A stretch of 64,000 bases of DNA from Candidatus Poribacteria bacterium (GTDB lineage Bacteria > Poribacteria > WGA-4E > JAJDTR01). Positions 21,408-31,799 of the stretch are shown piece after piece. The notes beneath the pieces are model-generated. The model was not told where the DNA came from, searched no databases, and saw nothing but the letters and a program-made list of their open reading frames with translations. The DNA is taken from NCBI GenBank assembly GCA_965222225.1, contig CBDCTK010000002.1, positions 5,536,001 to 5,600,000 of the forward strand. Direction: 5' to 3'. Position numbers and translations under genes: made by a program. Each line of letters opens with the position of its first letter. Within the stretch, counting starts at the first letter, position 1.

Positions 21408-21467
21408 GGGATTTACTATCGCGCTCCTTATTCACTCGCTTGATCATTATACACTTGTTTGATCCCC
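21408..21467 (-). repeat. Covarying GA-hairpin repeat, one full plus one partial copy
   Basis: GGGATTTA-CTATCGC-GC-TC-CT-TATTC-AC-TC-GC-TTGATC followed by AT-TATAC-AC-TT-GT-TTGATCCC. Confidence 0.8.
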
Positions 21468-21491
21468 AAAATCAGATGTGTTTGCCTCCGG

Positions 21492-21538
21492 TGTGGATAA
21501 GATAACTTGTTGACAATTATTTTCCCTTTTTGTATACT
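21492..21538 (+). promoter_or_regulatory. Sigma-70 promoter with an adjacent DnaA box
   Basis: TTGACA(21510)-N17-TATACT; TGTGGATAA (reverse complement of TTATCCACA) at 21492-21500. Confidence 0.65.
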
Positions 21539-21628
21539 TAATTAAAGGTCGGTGATACTTCTGGAATTTAGGTAAAAATTTAATATAAATCGAGATCATC
21601 CTGCTCTACACACTTCTGAATCGAGAAA

Positions 21629-22672
21629 ATGGCGAAAAAGAAGAATCGGTCAGCAAATATTGCGCGGAAACGGACGAAGCGGAAACAGGAACAGAAGTCT
21701 CGGCGCAAATACTTGGCAATTCAGAAACAGCGTAGACTGCATGGCGAGAAGTCTGATGAGGAGCGTCTACATGAGATGATCTTGCGAAGTCGTTTGTTGG
21801 TAGACGAACCTGAACTCCGTGCGATAACCTTTGACACGAACCTTATGAGAGAGCGTGTGTTGGAGGTGCTAGAATCGGAATCCCTGAACGTGGAGGAAGC
21901 TATTGATATCGACAGATCTGGGGATGATACACTAGACGAGATTGAAGATGAGGACGAGGTTGTCGGCGAACAGTTTCGACAGGAAATACTGCCACACTTT
22001 CTTACACCGGAGTTTCTTCACAAGATTACTCATGCACTAACCGCTTGTGAGACTCGCTTGAACCGTACAGGGCAACAAAGGAGAGCAGAAATCGCTCTCG
22101 TAGCGAGATCTATTTTTGAACTTGCCGATCCCCAAGTCCTCGTTTTCCATCCGCTCGTTCTGGGAGTTACCCTTAGAACGCTTGAATACTTGCTCAATCA
22201 ACCAGGGCAACTGTCCGAGAATGAACAGCGCGATTTTGTCCAAGAAGTGATTTCCGACATACACAATCTTGGCGCTACCGAAGAGGATACTGAACTTCAG
22301 GATGGCGAGATTGATGGAGCAGACATAGCTGATTCTGATGTCGTGGTGGATCTGGATGATAAGATAGAGAAAGAGGTATTTGTGCCCGATATATCCTCCG
22401 AAGAATTACCCGCAAGAGCACTCTACCAGAACTCCGACACATTGAGTACCCGTCAGGTTATTGAAGCGTGGGATGGTTACAGGCTGGTCAACGATACAAC
22501 TGAGCAGGTTGAGTTCGTACAGCCAGACCTTAAACGGTATATTACACTAACTTCTAGCAGGCTTTTGCTACAATGTTCCTCTATGACAGATTTAGAAGTC
22601 GCAATGACAGAAGTGGAAAAACAGTGTAAACCAGAGTTAATTTATTTGGCAAAAACTCTGGTAGAAGATTAA
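21629..22672 (+). CDS. Hypothetical protein (basic N-terminus, acidic body)
   Basis: 347-aa ORF downstream of a consensus promoter; no recognisable domain. Confidence 0.75.
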   Translation: MAKKKNRSANIARKRTKRKQEQKSRRKYLAIQKQRRLHGEKSDEERLHEMILRSRLLVDEPELRAITFDTNLMRERVLEVLESESLNVEEAIDIDRSGDDTLDEIEDEDEVVGEQFRQEILPHFLTPEFLHKITHALTACETRLNRTGQQRRAEIALVARSIFELADPQVLVFHPLVLGVTLRTLEYLLNQPGQLSENEQRDFVQEVISDIHNLGATEEDTELQDGEIDGADIADSDVVVDLDDKIEKEVFVPDISSEELPARALYQNSDTLSTRQVIEAWDGYRLVNDTTEQVEFVQPDLKRYITLTSSRLLLQCSSMTDLEVAMTEVEKQCKPELIYLAKTLVED

Positions 22673-22753
22673 AAAGCGTGGGATTCAGGTAATCGGCATG
22701 GTATACTAAGATTTTTCGCATGCGGCTTATGCAGAAACAAAGGAGGTGATTTT

Positions 22754-22861
22754 ATGGCACATAGCAAAAGTGGGCAAGTCAGACGAAGAACGCAGATTCG
22801 CCACACTCAAAAGCGGCGTTTGAAAAGGAAAAAACTGACGCTAAAGCAGAAATTGCAGTGA
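22754..22861 (+). CDS. Small basic protein, 35 aa
   Basis: Strong RBS AGGAGGTG just upstream of the ATG; MAHSKSGQVRRRTQIRHTQKRRLKRKKLTLKQKLQ. Confidence 0.65.
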   Translation: MAHSKSGQVRRRTQIRHTQKRRLKRKKLTLKQKLQ

Positions 22862-22893
22862 CCAAACTAGATTCAGGTATTCCGTGCGGCGGG

Positions 22894-23706
22894 TCAAGGA
22901 CTGGCGTTATCCTCAAGTCTGTATTTTTCGAATTGAGTAAAGGCGGACGTACCTAGACGAACGGATTTTCCTCCTAAGGATTTAACGTATCCAAGCCTCA
23001 TGAGGCTGATAATCTCGACAGAGGCGGGTAAATTAAAAATATACCGTACGCACTGGCGATCTTTTTGGCGTTCAAGCGGCGCACTTACAAGCTGGGTGCC
23101 AATGTGGAGGGCTGTCGCCGCCAACAGCAGGTTTTGAATCATCGCTCCCATGCCAATCCACATCCAGCGGGCTGCTCCCTCTCCGGGTGGACGCCTGTTG
23201 GTATTCATCAGAACCAAAATTAGTAGCGGTGACGTCCGCACCAAGTTCGAGATTTCCTTTGCGGGCATCTTTCCCGCTCCTAATTGTCCCAAGATGCCGA
23301 GGTGTTTGGCGTTCTTCAGCAGGGGACCAAGCATAGTCGGATCCTTTGACAAGATTTGAGGGAGGCTAACATGATCGGCGAGCAAGACACCATCACGGGT
23401 TTCCTCCCATTCCTCATTGGTTAACCGCATCCAGCGGTGATTGTCATCAAGGAATTTGGTATCCTTGAACTGTTCAGCGACGCATTTTTCCGTTAGATTA
23501 GCAAGTGCGATTTTCCCTTCTATTTCCCGGATTATCAATAACTCCCACGGTTGAACGTTAAACGGTGAAGGCGCCCATCGAGCCGCTTCTAGTAATCGAT
23601 CGAGATCCTCAGGCCGAATTTGCCTATCTTGAAATTGACCTCGGTGACTCCGACGTGAAGCAATAGCGTCAAAGAGATTCATTTCGGGCAGCTCCCTATC
23701 TTCCAT
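22894..23706 (-). CDS. Nitroreductase family protein
   Basis: AIASRRSHR, LLEAARWAPSPFNVQPW, GAMIQNLLLAATAL. Confidence 0.9.
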   Translation of the reverse strand: MEDRELPEMNLFDAIASRRSHRGQFQDRQIRPEDLDRLLEAARWAPSPFNVQPWELLIIREIEGKIALANLTEKCVAEQFKDTKFLDDNHRWMRLTNEEWEETRDGVLLADHVSLPQILSKDPTMLGPLLKNAKHLGILGQLGAGKMPAKEISNLVRTSPLLILVLMNTNRRPPGEGAARWMWIGMGAMIQNLLLAATALHIGTQLVSAPLERQKDRQCVRYIFNLPASVEIISLMRLGYVKSLGGKSVRLGTSAFTQFEKYRLEDNASP

Positions 23707-23939
23707 TGTTACACCTCTTTCTATCCTTGGTTAAACGTTAAGCCCTCTCAGTTCAGCGGTTTTCCGTCGGAAAACACAACTCTTGAGATCCTCTGAATCG
23801 GGAAGCCGAGATAGAACACGAGGTTTTAGTGGCGGAACATCGCGCGAGCAATCTTTGCTTTGCAAAGATAACCTCCCCTCTATAATTGATGTATGTTTCT
23901 TTGGACGACAGTGCAAAGGTGCGCCCTGCGCCCAAAGGG

Positions 23940-25550
23940 TTAGTACCAGAGCGCTGACCCCTGAGATGCCCCTAGTAGCATCCCCGAATCGGGATCCTTC
24001 ATAATCATCTTTCTACTGCCGCCGGTCCCACCTCGTGCTACCACGTGTCCCCATCGTTCCAATTCTTTAACGGTTTCATCGGCGAAACGTCCATCCAACC
24101 TTAGTATAAAAGGTTGCCCGACTTGCGACGGAGAGGCACCGGGAAAACTAATCCAGGCAGGCGTGTCTACTGCATGTGCCGGAGGCATTCCAAAGTCAAT
24201 CGCGTTAGTGATAGCTTGAAAATTCAATTGCGGCTGCATAAACCCGCCGGGAGTGTTTCCAATAAAGAACACTTCGTCGCTGCTGCAAACAATGTACGTA
24301 TTTAGGGTGTGCATTGTGCGCTTTCCGGGTTTAAGCTGATTGGGATGTCCATCATCAAACGCGAAACCTTGCGCATATCCAATCCTGTCATTCAAGACGA
24401 TTCCGGTACCATCAACCACCAGCCCGGATCCAAAATGGCTTGACAGGCTAATGATAAAAGACACGGCGTTGCCATCCTTATCAGCGACGGCAAAAGATGT
24501 CGTGTCACCATTACGATAGATGTCCCCAGCCGTGGGCACGGTACTCGCTTGGTTCGGATGAATTGCCTCCCGACGCTTCTCAGCGAACGATTTTGATAAT
24601 AGGACTCCTAGAGGGACATCCTCGAAATCCGGATCCCCGGAATACGCCAACCGATCCGCGAACGCCAATTTCTTAGCTTCAACCATGTGGTGTAGGTGAG
24701 CGGCGCTACCAAATTCCATCGCGGCAACATCATATCCCTCAAGAATATTCAGTTCTTCAAGAACAATGTGACCTTGTGAGGGTAAAGTCGTTTGGTAGAC
24801 GGTATACCCTCGATAATCTGTTTGAATCGGTTCATAAACGTCCGATGTGTGATTTTCAAAATCGTACATCGTAAACAATCCGCCATTTGCTTCGGAACAG
24901 GCGACGATCGCTTGAGCGATTTCACCTTTATAAAAGGCTTCCCGTCCTCCCTCGGCAACGAGACGGAGGCTTCTTCCCAAGTCGCGGTTCACCAATACAC
25001 CCGCGCGCTTTGAAAGCACTTCGTCCTTGCAAAAGACCTTCGCAGTATTAGGAAACTTCCTGAGTTTACCATCTGCAGCCAAAGATTTGCGGTCTCCGGC
25101 TTTCATCAACAGCCCCTCTTCCGCAAACTCAATTGCGGGCTGAAGGAGCTCCTTCAACGGCATTGTTCCGAAACGCTCAAGCACTTCTACATAAGCATCA
25201 ACTGCGCCCGGAACAGAGGCAGAATGAATGCCGTCCTCCGCCATGTGCGTCCTGCCTTGCTTTTTGTAGTAGTCTACCGAGGCAGCGTAAGGCGTCCTGC
25301 CACTTCCGTTGATTCCAGTCACTTTTTTCGATTTGCCATCGTAGACTAGAATGAACGCATCTCCACCAAGTCCGCTACGACCAAGCCCAATGACGTTTAG
25401 TGTGGCTGCAGTGGCGACTGAGGCGTCAACAGCATTGCCTCCCTCTTGTAACACTTTCAGCCCTACTAGAGAAGCCTGTGGAAATTCCGTGACAACAACG
25501 CCATTTTTGGCTACACACAGCTCGTTCTGCCAGTTGACCGCAAAGTCCAT
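23940..25550 (-). CDS. ggt: Gamma-glutamyltransferase family protein
   Basis: GGNAVDA, SGLGGD, VPGAV, catalytic DTTSF, FGSG, KPGKR, GNTPGG. Confidence 0.92.
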   Translation of the reverse strand: MDFAVNWQNELCVAKNGVVVTEFPQASLVGLKVLQEGGNAVDASVATAATLNVIGLGRSGLGGDAFILVYDGKSKKVTGINGSGRTPYAASVDYYKKQGRTHMAEDGIHSASVPGAVDAYVEVLERFGTMPLKELLQPAIEFAEEGLLMKAGDRKSLAADGKLRKFPNTAKVFCKDEVLSKRAGVLVNRDLGRSLRLVAEGGREAFYKGEIAQAIVACSEANGGLFTMYDFENHTSDVYEPIQTDYRGYTVYQTTLPSQGHIVLEELNILEGYDVAAMEFGSAAHLHHMVEAKKLAFADRLAYSGDPDFEDVPLGVLLSKSFAEKRREAIHPNQASTVPTAGDIYRNGDTTSFAVADKDGNAVSFIISLSSHFGSGLVVDGTGIVLNDRIGYAQGFAFDDGHPNQLKPGKRTMHTLNTYIVCSSDEVFFIGNTPGGFMQPQLNFQAITNAIDFGMPPAHAVDTPAWISFPGASPSQVGQPFILRLDGRFADETVKELERWGHVVARGGTGGSRKMIMKDPDSGMLLGASQGSALWY

Positions 25551-25876
25551 AATCGTCTCCTAATAAGTGGGTTGTTTGTCAATCTCGTGAATCCTCGCTC
25601 ATATTTTACCCAAAGGATACCTGAGAACAACACGTAGTACAAGTATTTATTGTATAAAGGATTAGAAAGTTCAGACTTAGCACTGAAGGAGAATGAAACA
25701 GCGTGATTCGCCGGTCCGAAGAATTTACATCTCCTTACAGGAGAATTTCACCGCGGATTTGCTTGACACCATAAAAATCCTAATAATATACTACTCATGA
25801 AATAACATAATCAAACCCAAGAGAGAATCTATAATCCTAATCCGTTATAAACCCGTGTTGCCCACTGTAGGAGATT

Positions 25877-26260
25877 GTGACATCAACACACATTTCGGTC
25901 ATTAGAAAAGGTAGAATAATGAAACAGACAGTCGTTCAACGTGGCTGCCTTCGTGGTGAGATTCGCTACCATGCAAGAGCAAAGCCCGTAACTTCGCACA
26001 TCTGCCACTGCGAGAATTGCCGCCGTGCGAGCGGTGGGCTGGCTATCGTTCTCCTACGGAGATTTGAGTTCATCAAGCGGCAACCATCACGCTATCGCTA
26101 CTGTCGAAAAGATGCGGCTTGGGCAGAACGCAGTTTCTGCGGTCAATGCGGTACGCAACTTGCCTATGACAGCGAGGACGCCGACAGTATCGACGTTACA
26201 ACTGTTACCTTGGACGAACCCGATACCTATCCGCCCGAGTCCCATGAGTGGGTGTCATAA
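25877..26260 (+). CDS. GFA (glutathione-dependent formaldehyde-activating) family protein; start probably at 25919
   Basis: GCLRGEIRY, CHCENCRR, RSFCGQCGT. The first Cys motif is degenerate. Confidence 0.8.
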   Translation: MTSTHISVIRKGRIMKQTVVQRGCLRGEIRYHARAKPVTSHICHCENCRRASGGLAIVLLRRFEFIKRQPSRYRYCRKDAAWAERSFCGQCGTQLAYDSEDADSIDVTTVTLDEPDTYPPESHEWVS

Positions 26261-26337
26261 AAGCCGTCATGGTTGGAACTATGGTCGCTAGATGATTTTG
26301 CATCAGAGTGAATTGGAGTTGAAAGGAACCCAAAAGT

Positions 26338-27189
26338 ATGCCTGAAGGTCCCGAGATTGAGCGCCTCCGAGACGAGTTGCTAATTCTTGAAAACAAGCGT
26401 TTACAGGGAGTCAGTTTTACTCCATCGGCTTTGAAATACCAACGCTATCAAGAGCAACAAGATAGGTTAGCTTTGATCCGCGGAAAAATACTTGAAAAAC
26501 TTGAACGCCGAGGTAAATTCCTAATATGGTGGTTTGAGAGTTTGCCGGTGTTGAATCATTTCGGCATGACTGGAGAGTGGGCCGTCGAATCAGCGAAAGA
26601 ACCGTCAACTTCAATTCCCTCAAAATACGCAAAAGTGATTTTGGATTTTGGTGGCGGCATTCGAGCAATCTTTGAGGACATGCGAAATTTCGGGCGGTTT
26701 CAGGTTTATAGTTCCGAACAAGACATGCTTGAAGGCGTTCCCAGGCTGAAAACCCTCGGTATCCATGGTTTGCAAGAACATTTCCCTCAAAAGCAATTCG
26801 AGCAATTCTTGGATCTGTCCATCAATCGGAACAAGCCGCTAGGAGAAGCGCTAACCTCTTCTAGCGTAGTCTCAGACATCGGCAACATGTATAAATCGGA
26901 GATATTATTTGTAGCGAAACTGAATCCAAACGCAACTGCAAATCAACTATCATCCACAGAAAAAAGACGTTTGGGACGGGCAATCAGTCTCGTCCTAAAG
27001 CGAGCATATGAGGCTGACGGGGTTACAGTGGAGAAGGTTCAATCTTCCTCCGGTGAACAGTCCCACGACGTACACTACGTCTATGGAAAAAAGGGTCGTC
27101 CGTGTTCTTCTTGCAAGTCGCCGATTGAACGATTCATTCAGAAACGGGGATCGACATATTTCTGTCCGAAGTGCCAAGCGCTCAAATAA
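26338..27189 (+). CDS. Fpg/Nei family DNA glycosylase/AP lyase
   Basis: N-terminal PEGPE, RRGKFL, HFGMTG, DMRNFG, IGNMYKSE, C-terminal zinc finger CSSC...CPKC. Confidence 0.9.
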   Translation: MPEGPEIERLRDELLILENKRLQGVSFTPSALKYQRYQEQQDRLALIRGKILEKLERRGKFLIWWFESLPVLNHFGMTGEWAVESAKEPSTSIPSKYAKVILDFGGGIRAIFEDMRNFGRFQVYSSEQDMLEGVPRLKTLGIHGLQEHFPQKQFEQFLDLSINRNKPLGEALTSSSVVSDIGNMYKSEILFVAKLNPNATANQLSSTEKRRLGRAISLVLKRAYEADGVTVEKVQSSSGEQSHDVHYVYGKKGRPCSSCKSPIERFIQKRGSTYFCPKCQALK

Positions 27190-27390
27190 CCCTCCTATCG
27201 TTTCCGGCTTAGCTTTTACACTACGCGGGCGGGAAGTGTAGCGGGATTGTTGCACCAACTACTGTTGTTGATCTTGATAGCCGGGACATGCTACAATAAC
27301 GGTGTCTTGACGGGTTTCCTAAAGGGATTAGATGGAGAATACCATTACTCTAAAATGACAATGCATAACTGGCAAATGGCGTGAATTGAA

Positions 27391-27415
27391 GTCGCGATTC
27401 GGAGATCGCTCCTAC
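27391..27415. repeat. GTAG-type REP-like palindrome
   Basis: GTCGCGATTCGGAGATCGCTCCTAC; a close copy lies at 43726-43750 and degenerate copies at about 31821, 31861 and 35239. Confidence 0.6.
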
Positions 27416-27831
27416 CGGGTGCTACACCGTGTAACCGCTAGGCCTAACGAAATAATTGTTTCACTCTATGCACTGTAATTCAAACGAAATGGTATTACCA
27501 AGGTTTTTGATGCTCTGTACACTCGTGACCCATGCCATGAGAATTGGCTTACAGCCGTCATTCAATAGAATTGAGAAAGGTATAACCTCAAGGCGTGCGC
27601 GTTTAACCGCTTCCCTTTCACTTGGCACTCCACTAGCCGCAAAGTCAAAACGCATAAGTAGTGTTGGAGGGAGATTCTTATCCTGATAGTCTGGGCGGCG
27701 ATGCCTTGAACGAAGGGGGCGCCCACGTGATTCGTCAATTACTGCCAGAATACACACCTCAGGACACTTGATGGATCCGGATCGCTACAAAGTGCTTAAT
27801 TCCCAATTTCCCAATCATAAGGAGATTCGAA

Positions 27832-28605
27832 ATGCTTACCGCCGCTGAAATTGAATCTTACCATGAAGATGGCTACCTCAAAGTTGAGCAACTCTTTACG
27901 CCGGAAGAAACGGAGGAACTTGGCTCCGAGATGATTCGCATCATCAATGAGTGGGGGGAGGAACGGATTGGATGGCCGGGACCGTGGCGCAGCCAATATC
28001 TGGTTGATGAGGAACAGCAAACAACCAAGGTAGTATTCATGCACAACCCTCATTTCTACTCTGCGGTTTGGGGGCGTGTGATTTTCCACCCGCGTTTGGT
28101 TGGCGCCGTGCAAGATTTTATCGGCCGAGATGTTCAATGGCACCACACGGTTCTACACGGCAAGGCGCCAGAAAAGGGCACTCCCTTTCCGATGCATCAG
28201 GATTATCCATTCTACCCTCACGACGGGTTGAAATTTGTCGACTGTCTAGTTCACTTGGATGATACCCCGGCTGAAAGTGGTCCATTACGGGTTGTCCCGG
28301 GCAGCCACAAAAATGGCCCTCTCAAACACATCACAGGACCAGACACCGCGCCTCACCTACCTACGGACAAATACCATCCTGATTTCATACCGTCGGTTGC
28401 AATTCCTGCGAAGGCAGGCGATGTCATTTTTTTCAGCTACTGCCTTGTTCATTGGTCCGAAGTAAATAGGACGAATGAGTGGCGTAGATCTGTTCGGTTT
28501 GGTTACCATAAGCCGGAAATGCGGCCAGTGGGGCGCCCCCCGGAGGAAGTGTACAACAATATTATAGTTGGTGGATTCAGAGCGAACCCTTCGGCAATGG
28601 GTTAG
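27832..28605 (+). CDS. Phytanoyl-CoA dioxygenase (PhyH) family protein
   Basis: YHEDGYL, HQD motif, LDDTPAESGPLRVVPGSH, AGDVIFF...HWS, R.S. Confidence 0.92.
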   Translation: MLTAAEIESYHEDGYLKVEQLFTPEETEELGSEMIRIINEWGEERIGWPGPWRSQYLVDEEQQTTKVVFMHNPHFYSAVWGRVIFHPRLVGAVQDFIGRDVQWHHTVLHGKAPEKGTPFPMHQDYPFYPHDGLKFVDCLVHLDDTPAESGPLRVVPGSHKNGPLKHITGPDTAPHLPTDKYHPDFIPSVAIPAKAGDVIFFSYCLVHWSEVNRTNEWRRSVRFGYHKPEMRPVGRPPEEVYNNIIVGGFRANPSAMG

Positions 28606-28977
28606 GGGGTTGTCGTCCCGCTAGGAACCGATTTGAAAATTCTAGGTGCGGCCTGGAGAACTCGTTTTGCAGCCTTGAAAAATTTCATACTATTCATACC
28701 AAAAGGGTGTTTTCAAAAGAGACAGAAAATCGGTAAAACCCTTGCTATGACTGGCTTAAGAAGCGTTTTGACATTAAAGCTATTGGAATGTTGGTATGAA
28801 ATTCTGGTATGACCCTGTAGTTGCCCAAAACAATTTCAAATCTCACGCTAACGCTACTTATCAAAAGAGAAGGCGACTTTTCAAGCGGGCGAGTTTTAGC
28901 TCAACTTTGTACATTTAATGGTTTATTCGCTAAGAGAATAAGATATGAGGCATGCGTATTTTAGTAATTGTCTGAAT

Positions 28978-29052
28978 GGGATCTCTATCGCGCGGGATTA
29001 GCTATCGCACTCACTATCCACTCGTTTGATCCTTATTCAGTCGCTTGATCCC
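28978..29052 (-). repeat. Covarying GA-hairpin repeat cluster (partial + full + partial)
   Basis: GGGATCTCTATCGCGC / GGGATTAGCTATCGC-AC-TC-AC-TATCC-AC-TC-GT-TTGATC / CT-TATTC-AG-TC-GC-TTGATCCC. Confidence 0.85.
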
Positions 29053-29179
29053 GACCTTCAGGGGTTGCAAAGCATGTTTCTTGTGTCGGCCCCATAGGCA
29101 TTAGACACTTAGCGAAAAAGCCATTTAAGTTGAGTGGCAGGATAATTATACCATATAATTTTAGCGAGTAAATCACTAG

Positions 29180-30456
29180 GTTCCACTTTGTTCGGAGCAG
29201 TCTGCTTACCTTCCTTATTGTCCTGGCAATGTCATGGATGTCTTCCTCACTCAGAAACTGGGTTGTCCACTGTTGGTTAACGGCAGGTCTGGCATATCCG
29301 ACAACCATCCAGTTGTATACTTTCTGGGCGTTTGGAGCGGTGTTCTCGTCGTATGATACAGGATTCGCATCAGGAGATCGAACGGAATACGGGAGTTGCC
29401 GAAAGGCCGCTGGTTGCGGATTGCCTCGTGAGAAAGGAAGACGGGCCTCCCAAAAAAGTGTGGAGTGCACGAAATCCCCTCCGCGCGAATCGCCATCGCA
29501 AAATCATCCGGAGTAAAAGGAGCGTTATCCGTCACCCGCATGGCATAGAGCCAGTACGTGTGCTTGCACCCGCCGAGTATGCGCTGCAGCACAACATAGG
29601 GATTCTTGGACAGCTCTCTCAGAAGATTTCCCCGTGCCCGTCGCAGAGCCACGGTGTTCCTCATTTTGTGCACTTGGGCTAAGGCGACAGCACCGCTCAA
29701 CTCGTTCATCCGATAGTTCGGTGCGAAGATGACATACGTTGGTTGCTCCTCCAGAGAGCGATCCCACCGCTTGTCCATGAAGAGTTTCCCTCGAATACCA
29801 TAGTCATCGTTAGTCATCGTTGTTTGTAATGGTAATTCCGCCGCCGGCGCAGGAGATGTACTTGGATTGTTTGGAGGCTAAAGCAGGCGATGTCGCCTAT
29901 TGTACCAACTAGCCGTCCGTTGTACTCACTCAGGTGTGCCTGTGAACAGTCCTCAATGACTGCCAGGTTGTGTCGTCTAGCAATTTGCATAATGGCGTTC
30001 CATATCGCAAGGGTTGCCGAAGACATGTACCGCCATAATGGCTCTTGTTTTGTGCGTAATCTTGCGCTCAATATCCGGCGGATGCATATTGAATGTGTCT
30101 CGCTGGACATCGCAAAAGATGGGAATTGCCGTTTGCGCCAGGATGGGGATGACGCTACCGATGTCCGTAACGGGACCGACGATAATTTCATCTCCGGGCG
30201 AAGGATTCAACATCCCGGTGGCGATGTGCAGGCTGGCAGTACCGGAGGAGCTTGCTATGCCGTTTTTTGCGCCGTGAATCTCGGCAAATTCATGTTCAAA
30301 CTGCTCAACCTTCGTCCTGCCGAACCGACTCATCACTCCTGAATCAATAACGTCGGTGAGTTCCCGCAGTTCCTCTTTTCCAAACTTGTTTCCGTCCGGG
30401 AGCGGAATTTTACGAACCGGCGTTCCATCATCTATTGCCAGTTTTTCTTTTGATAT
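29180..30456 (-). pseudogene. DegT/DnrJ/EryC1/StrS aminotransferase pseudogene
   Basis: Fragments in several frames: [52 protein letters not shown]. The in-frame start appears as ATA (I-SKEKLAIDDGTPVR) at 30456. The 3' end is approximate. Confidence 0.8.
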
Positions 30457-31017
30457 GCGGCACTTTCCCTTTATCCAACTTTGCAGGTGACCAGTGTTGA
30501 GGCACTTGATGCTCCGTAAAAATCTGCATTTCCCGCAGCGAGAAATCGTGTACTAGGTGAAGGCAGATACTGGCTGCGGACGCACTTTAAGACCATTGAC
30601 CAGCGAGCCATGTAGACTATTAAATTATGCCAAAACTGACGCAGATAGATGTTTCAAATTCAGTAGGAAGCGGGTTCCAAGAAAATGAGGCCAGAGAAAG
30701 GCATAAATGTTTGATGTTCCGCAAACACACTACCTGGACGGTTTTGTTTCTGGCTGCTTGTGGGAATTGATTCGTTGTTCTTGGCAGGATTTTGAAAGAT
30801 TCTAGAATTACGGTGTGTTGGTGATGTTGCGTAATTCTGTTTCACTCAAGTTAAGGGCGGTAGGCAGACAAGCGAGACGTTGAAATTGGTATCAACTTTC
30901 AATAGGAATAACTATGGTGAATTTTCGAGATGCCGTGAGTGGGAAGATAAGAGATGCAAGGCCCATCCACTCTGAATCGGTATACACGCCCGTGTTTTCT
31001 TTCCAAATCGTTAGACT

Positions 31018-31746
31018 TTAATGTCCGCCAACCTCGCCGACCTCAATATCGATTTCGTCTCGATTCCGGATTCGCTCGACCAAACCGTCGCGAATGTCGA
31101 CAATTCGATCGGAGACATCAAGCATCTTCAGGTCATGAGTTGCCGAGATAACGGTGACGCCTTTTCCGCGGTTGAGGTCCCTAATCAGATCGATGATTTC
31201 GCGACCTGTAATTGTATCGAGGTTCGCTGTTGGTTCATCTGCTAAAATGATGGTCGGATCGTTAGCGAATGCCCGTGCAATGGCGACGCGCTGACGTTGT
31301 CCACCAGATAGCTCGTCGGGCCGGTGATGAATGCGGTCTGCTAGTCCAACCAGATTCAGCAGTTCCTCTCCCTTTTTGCTGCGTTCCTTTGTTGACAGTC
31401 CAGCAAAAATCATTGGCAAAGTCACGTTTTCCAACGCACTCATCACTGGCAGCAGATTGTAACTTTGGAAAATGTACCCGACTCTGTGGCAGCGAAACCA
31501 AGCAATCTGGGAGCGTGAGAGTTGAGACATGTCCTGTCCATCAATGTATACCCTGCCTCCAGTGGGGCCATCCAAAGCGCCAATCATGTTGAAGAGGGTT
31601 GACTTACCGGAACCGGAGGGGCCCATCAGCGAAATATACTCCCCACGCGCAATCTCAATGTTGATTCCGTCAAGCGCGCGAACTATATTATTACCCATGC
31701 GGTACTCTTTAACGACATCTTCGGTTTTCACGACAGTTTCTGCCAT
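31018..31746 (-). CDS. ABC transporter ATP-binding protein (LolD/MacB type)
   Basis: GPSGSGKST, GYIFQSYNL, LSGGQRQR, ILADEPTANLD. Confidence 0.95.
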   Translation of the reverse strand: MAETVVKTEDVVKEYRMGNNIVRALDGINIEIARGEYISLMGPSGSGKSTLFNMIGALDGPTGGRVYIDGQDMSQLSRSQIAWFRCHRVGYIFQSYNLLPVMSALENVTLPMIFAGLSTKERSKKGEELLNLVGLADRIHHRPDELSGGQRQRVAIARAFANDPTIILADEPTANLDTITGREIIDLIRDLNRGKGVTVISATHDLKMLDVSDRIVDIRDGLVERIRNRDEIDIEVGEVGGH

Positions 31747-31799
31747 TCATGTTTCTCCTTGGGTTGTTTTGGCTCATCAACCCTAGACCACAATATATT

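Noticed and set aside
27456-27757. Overlapping 76-aa and 98-aa ORFs
   Set aside because: No recognisable motifs or convincing RBS; cannot be supported as genes.
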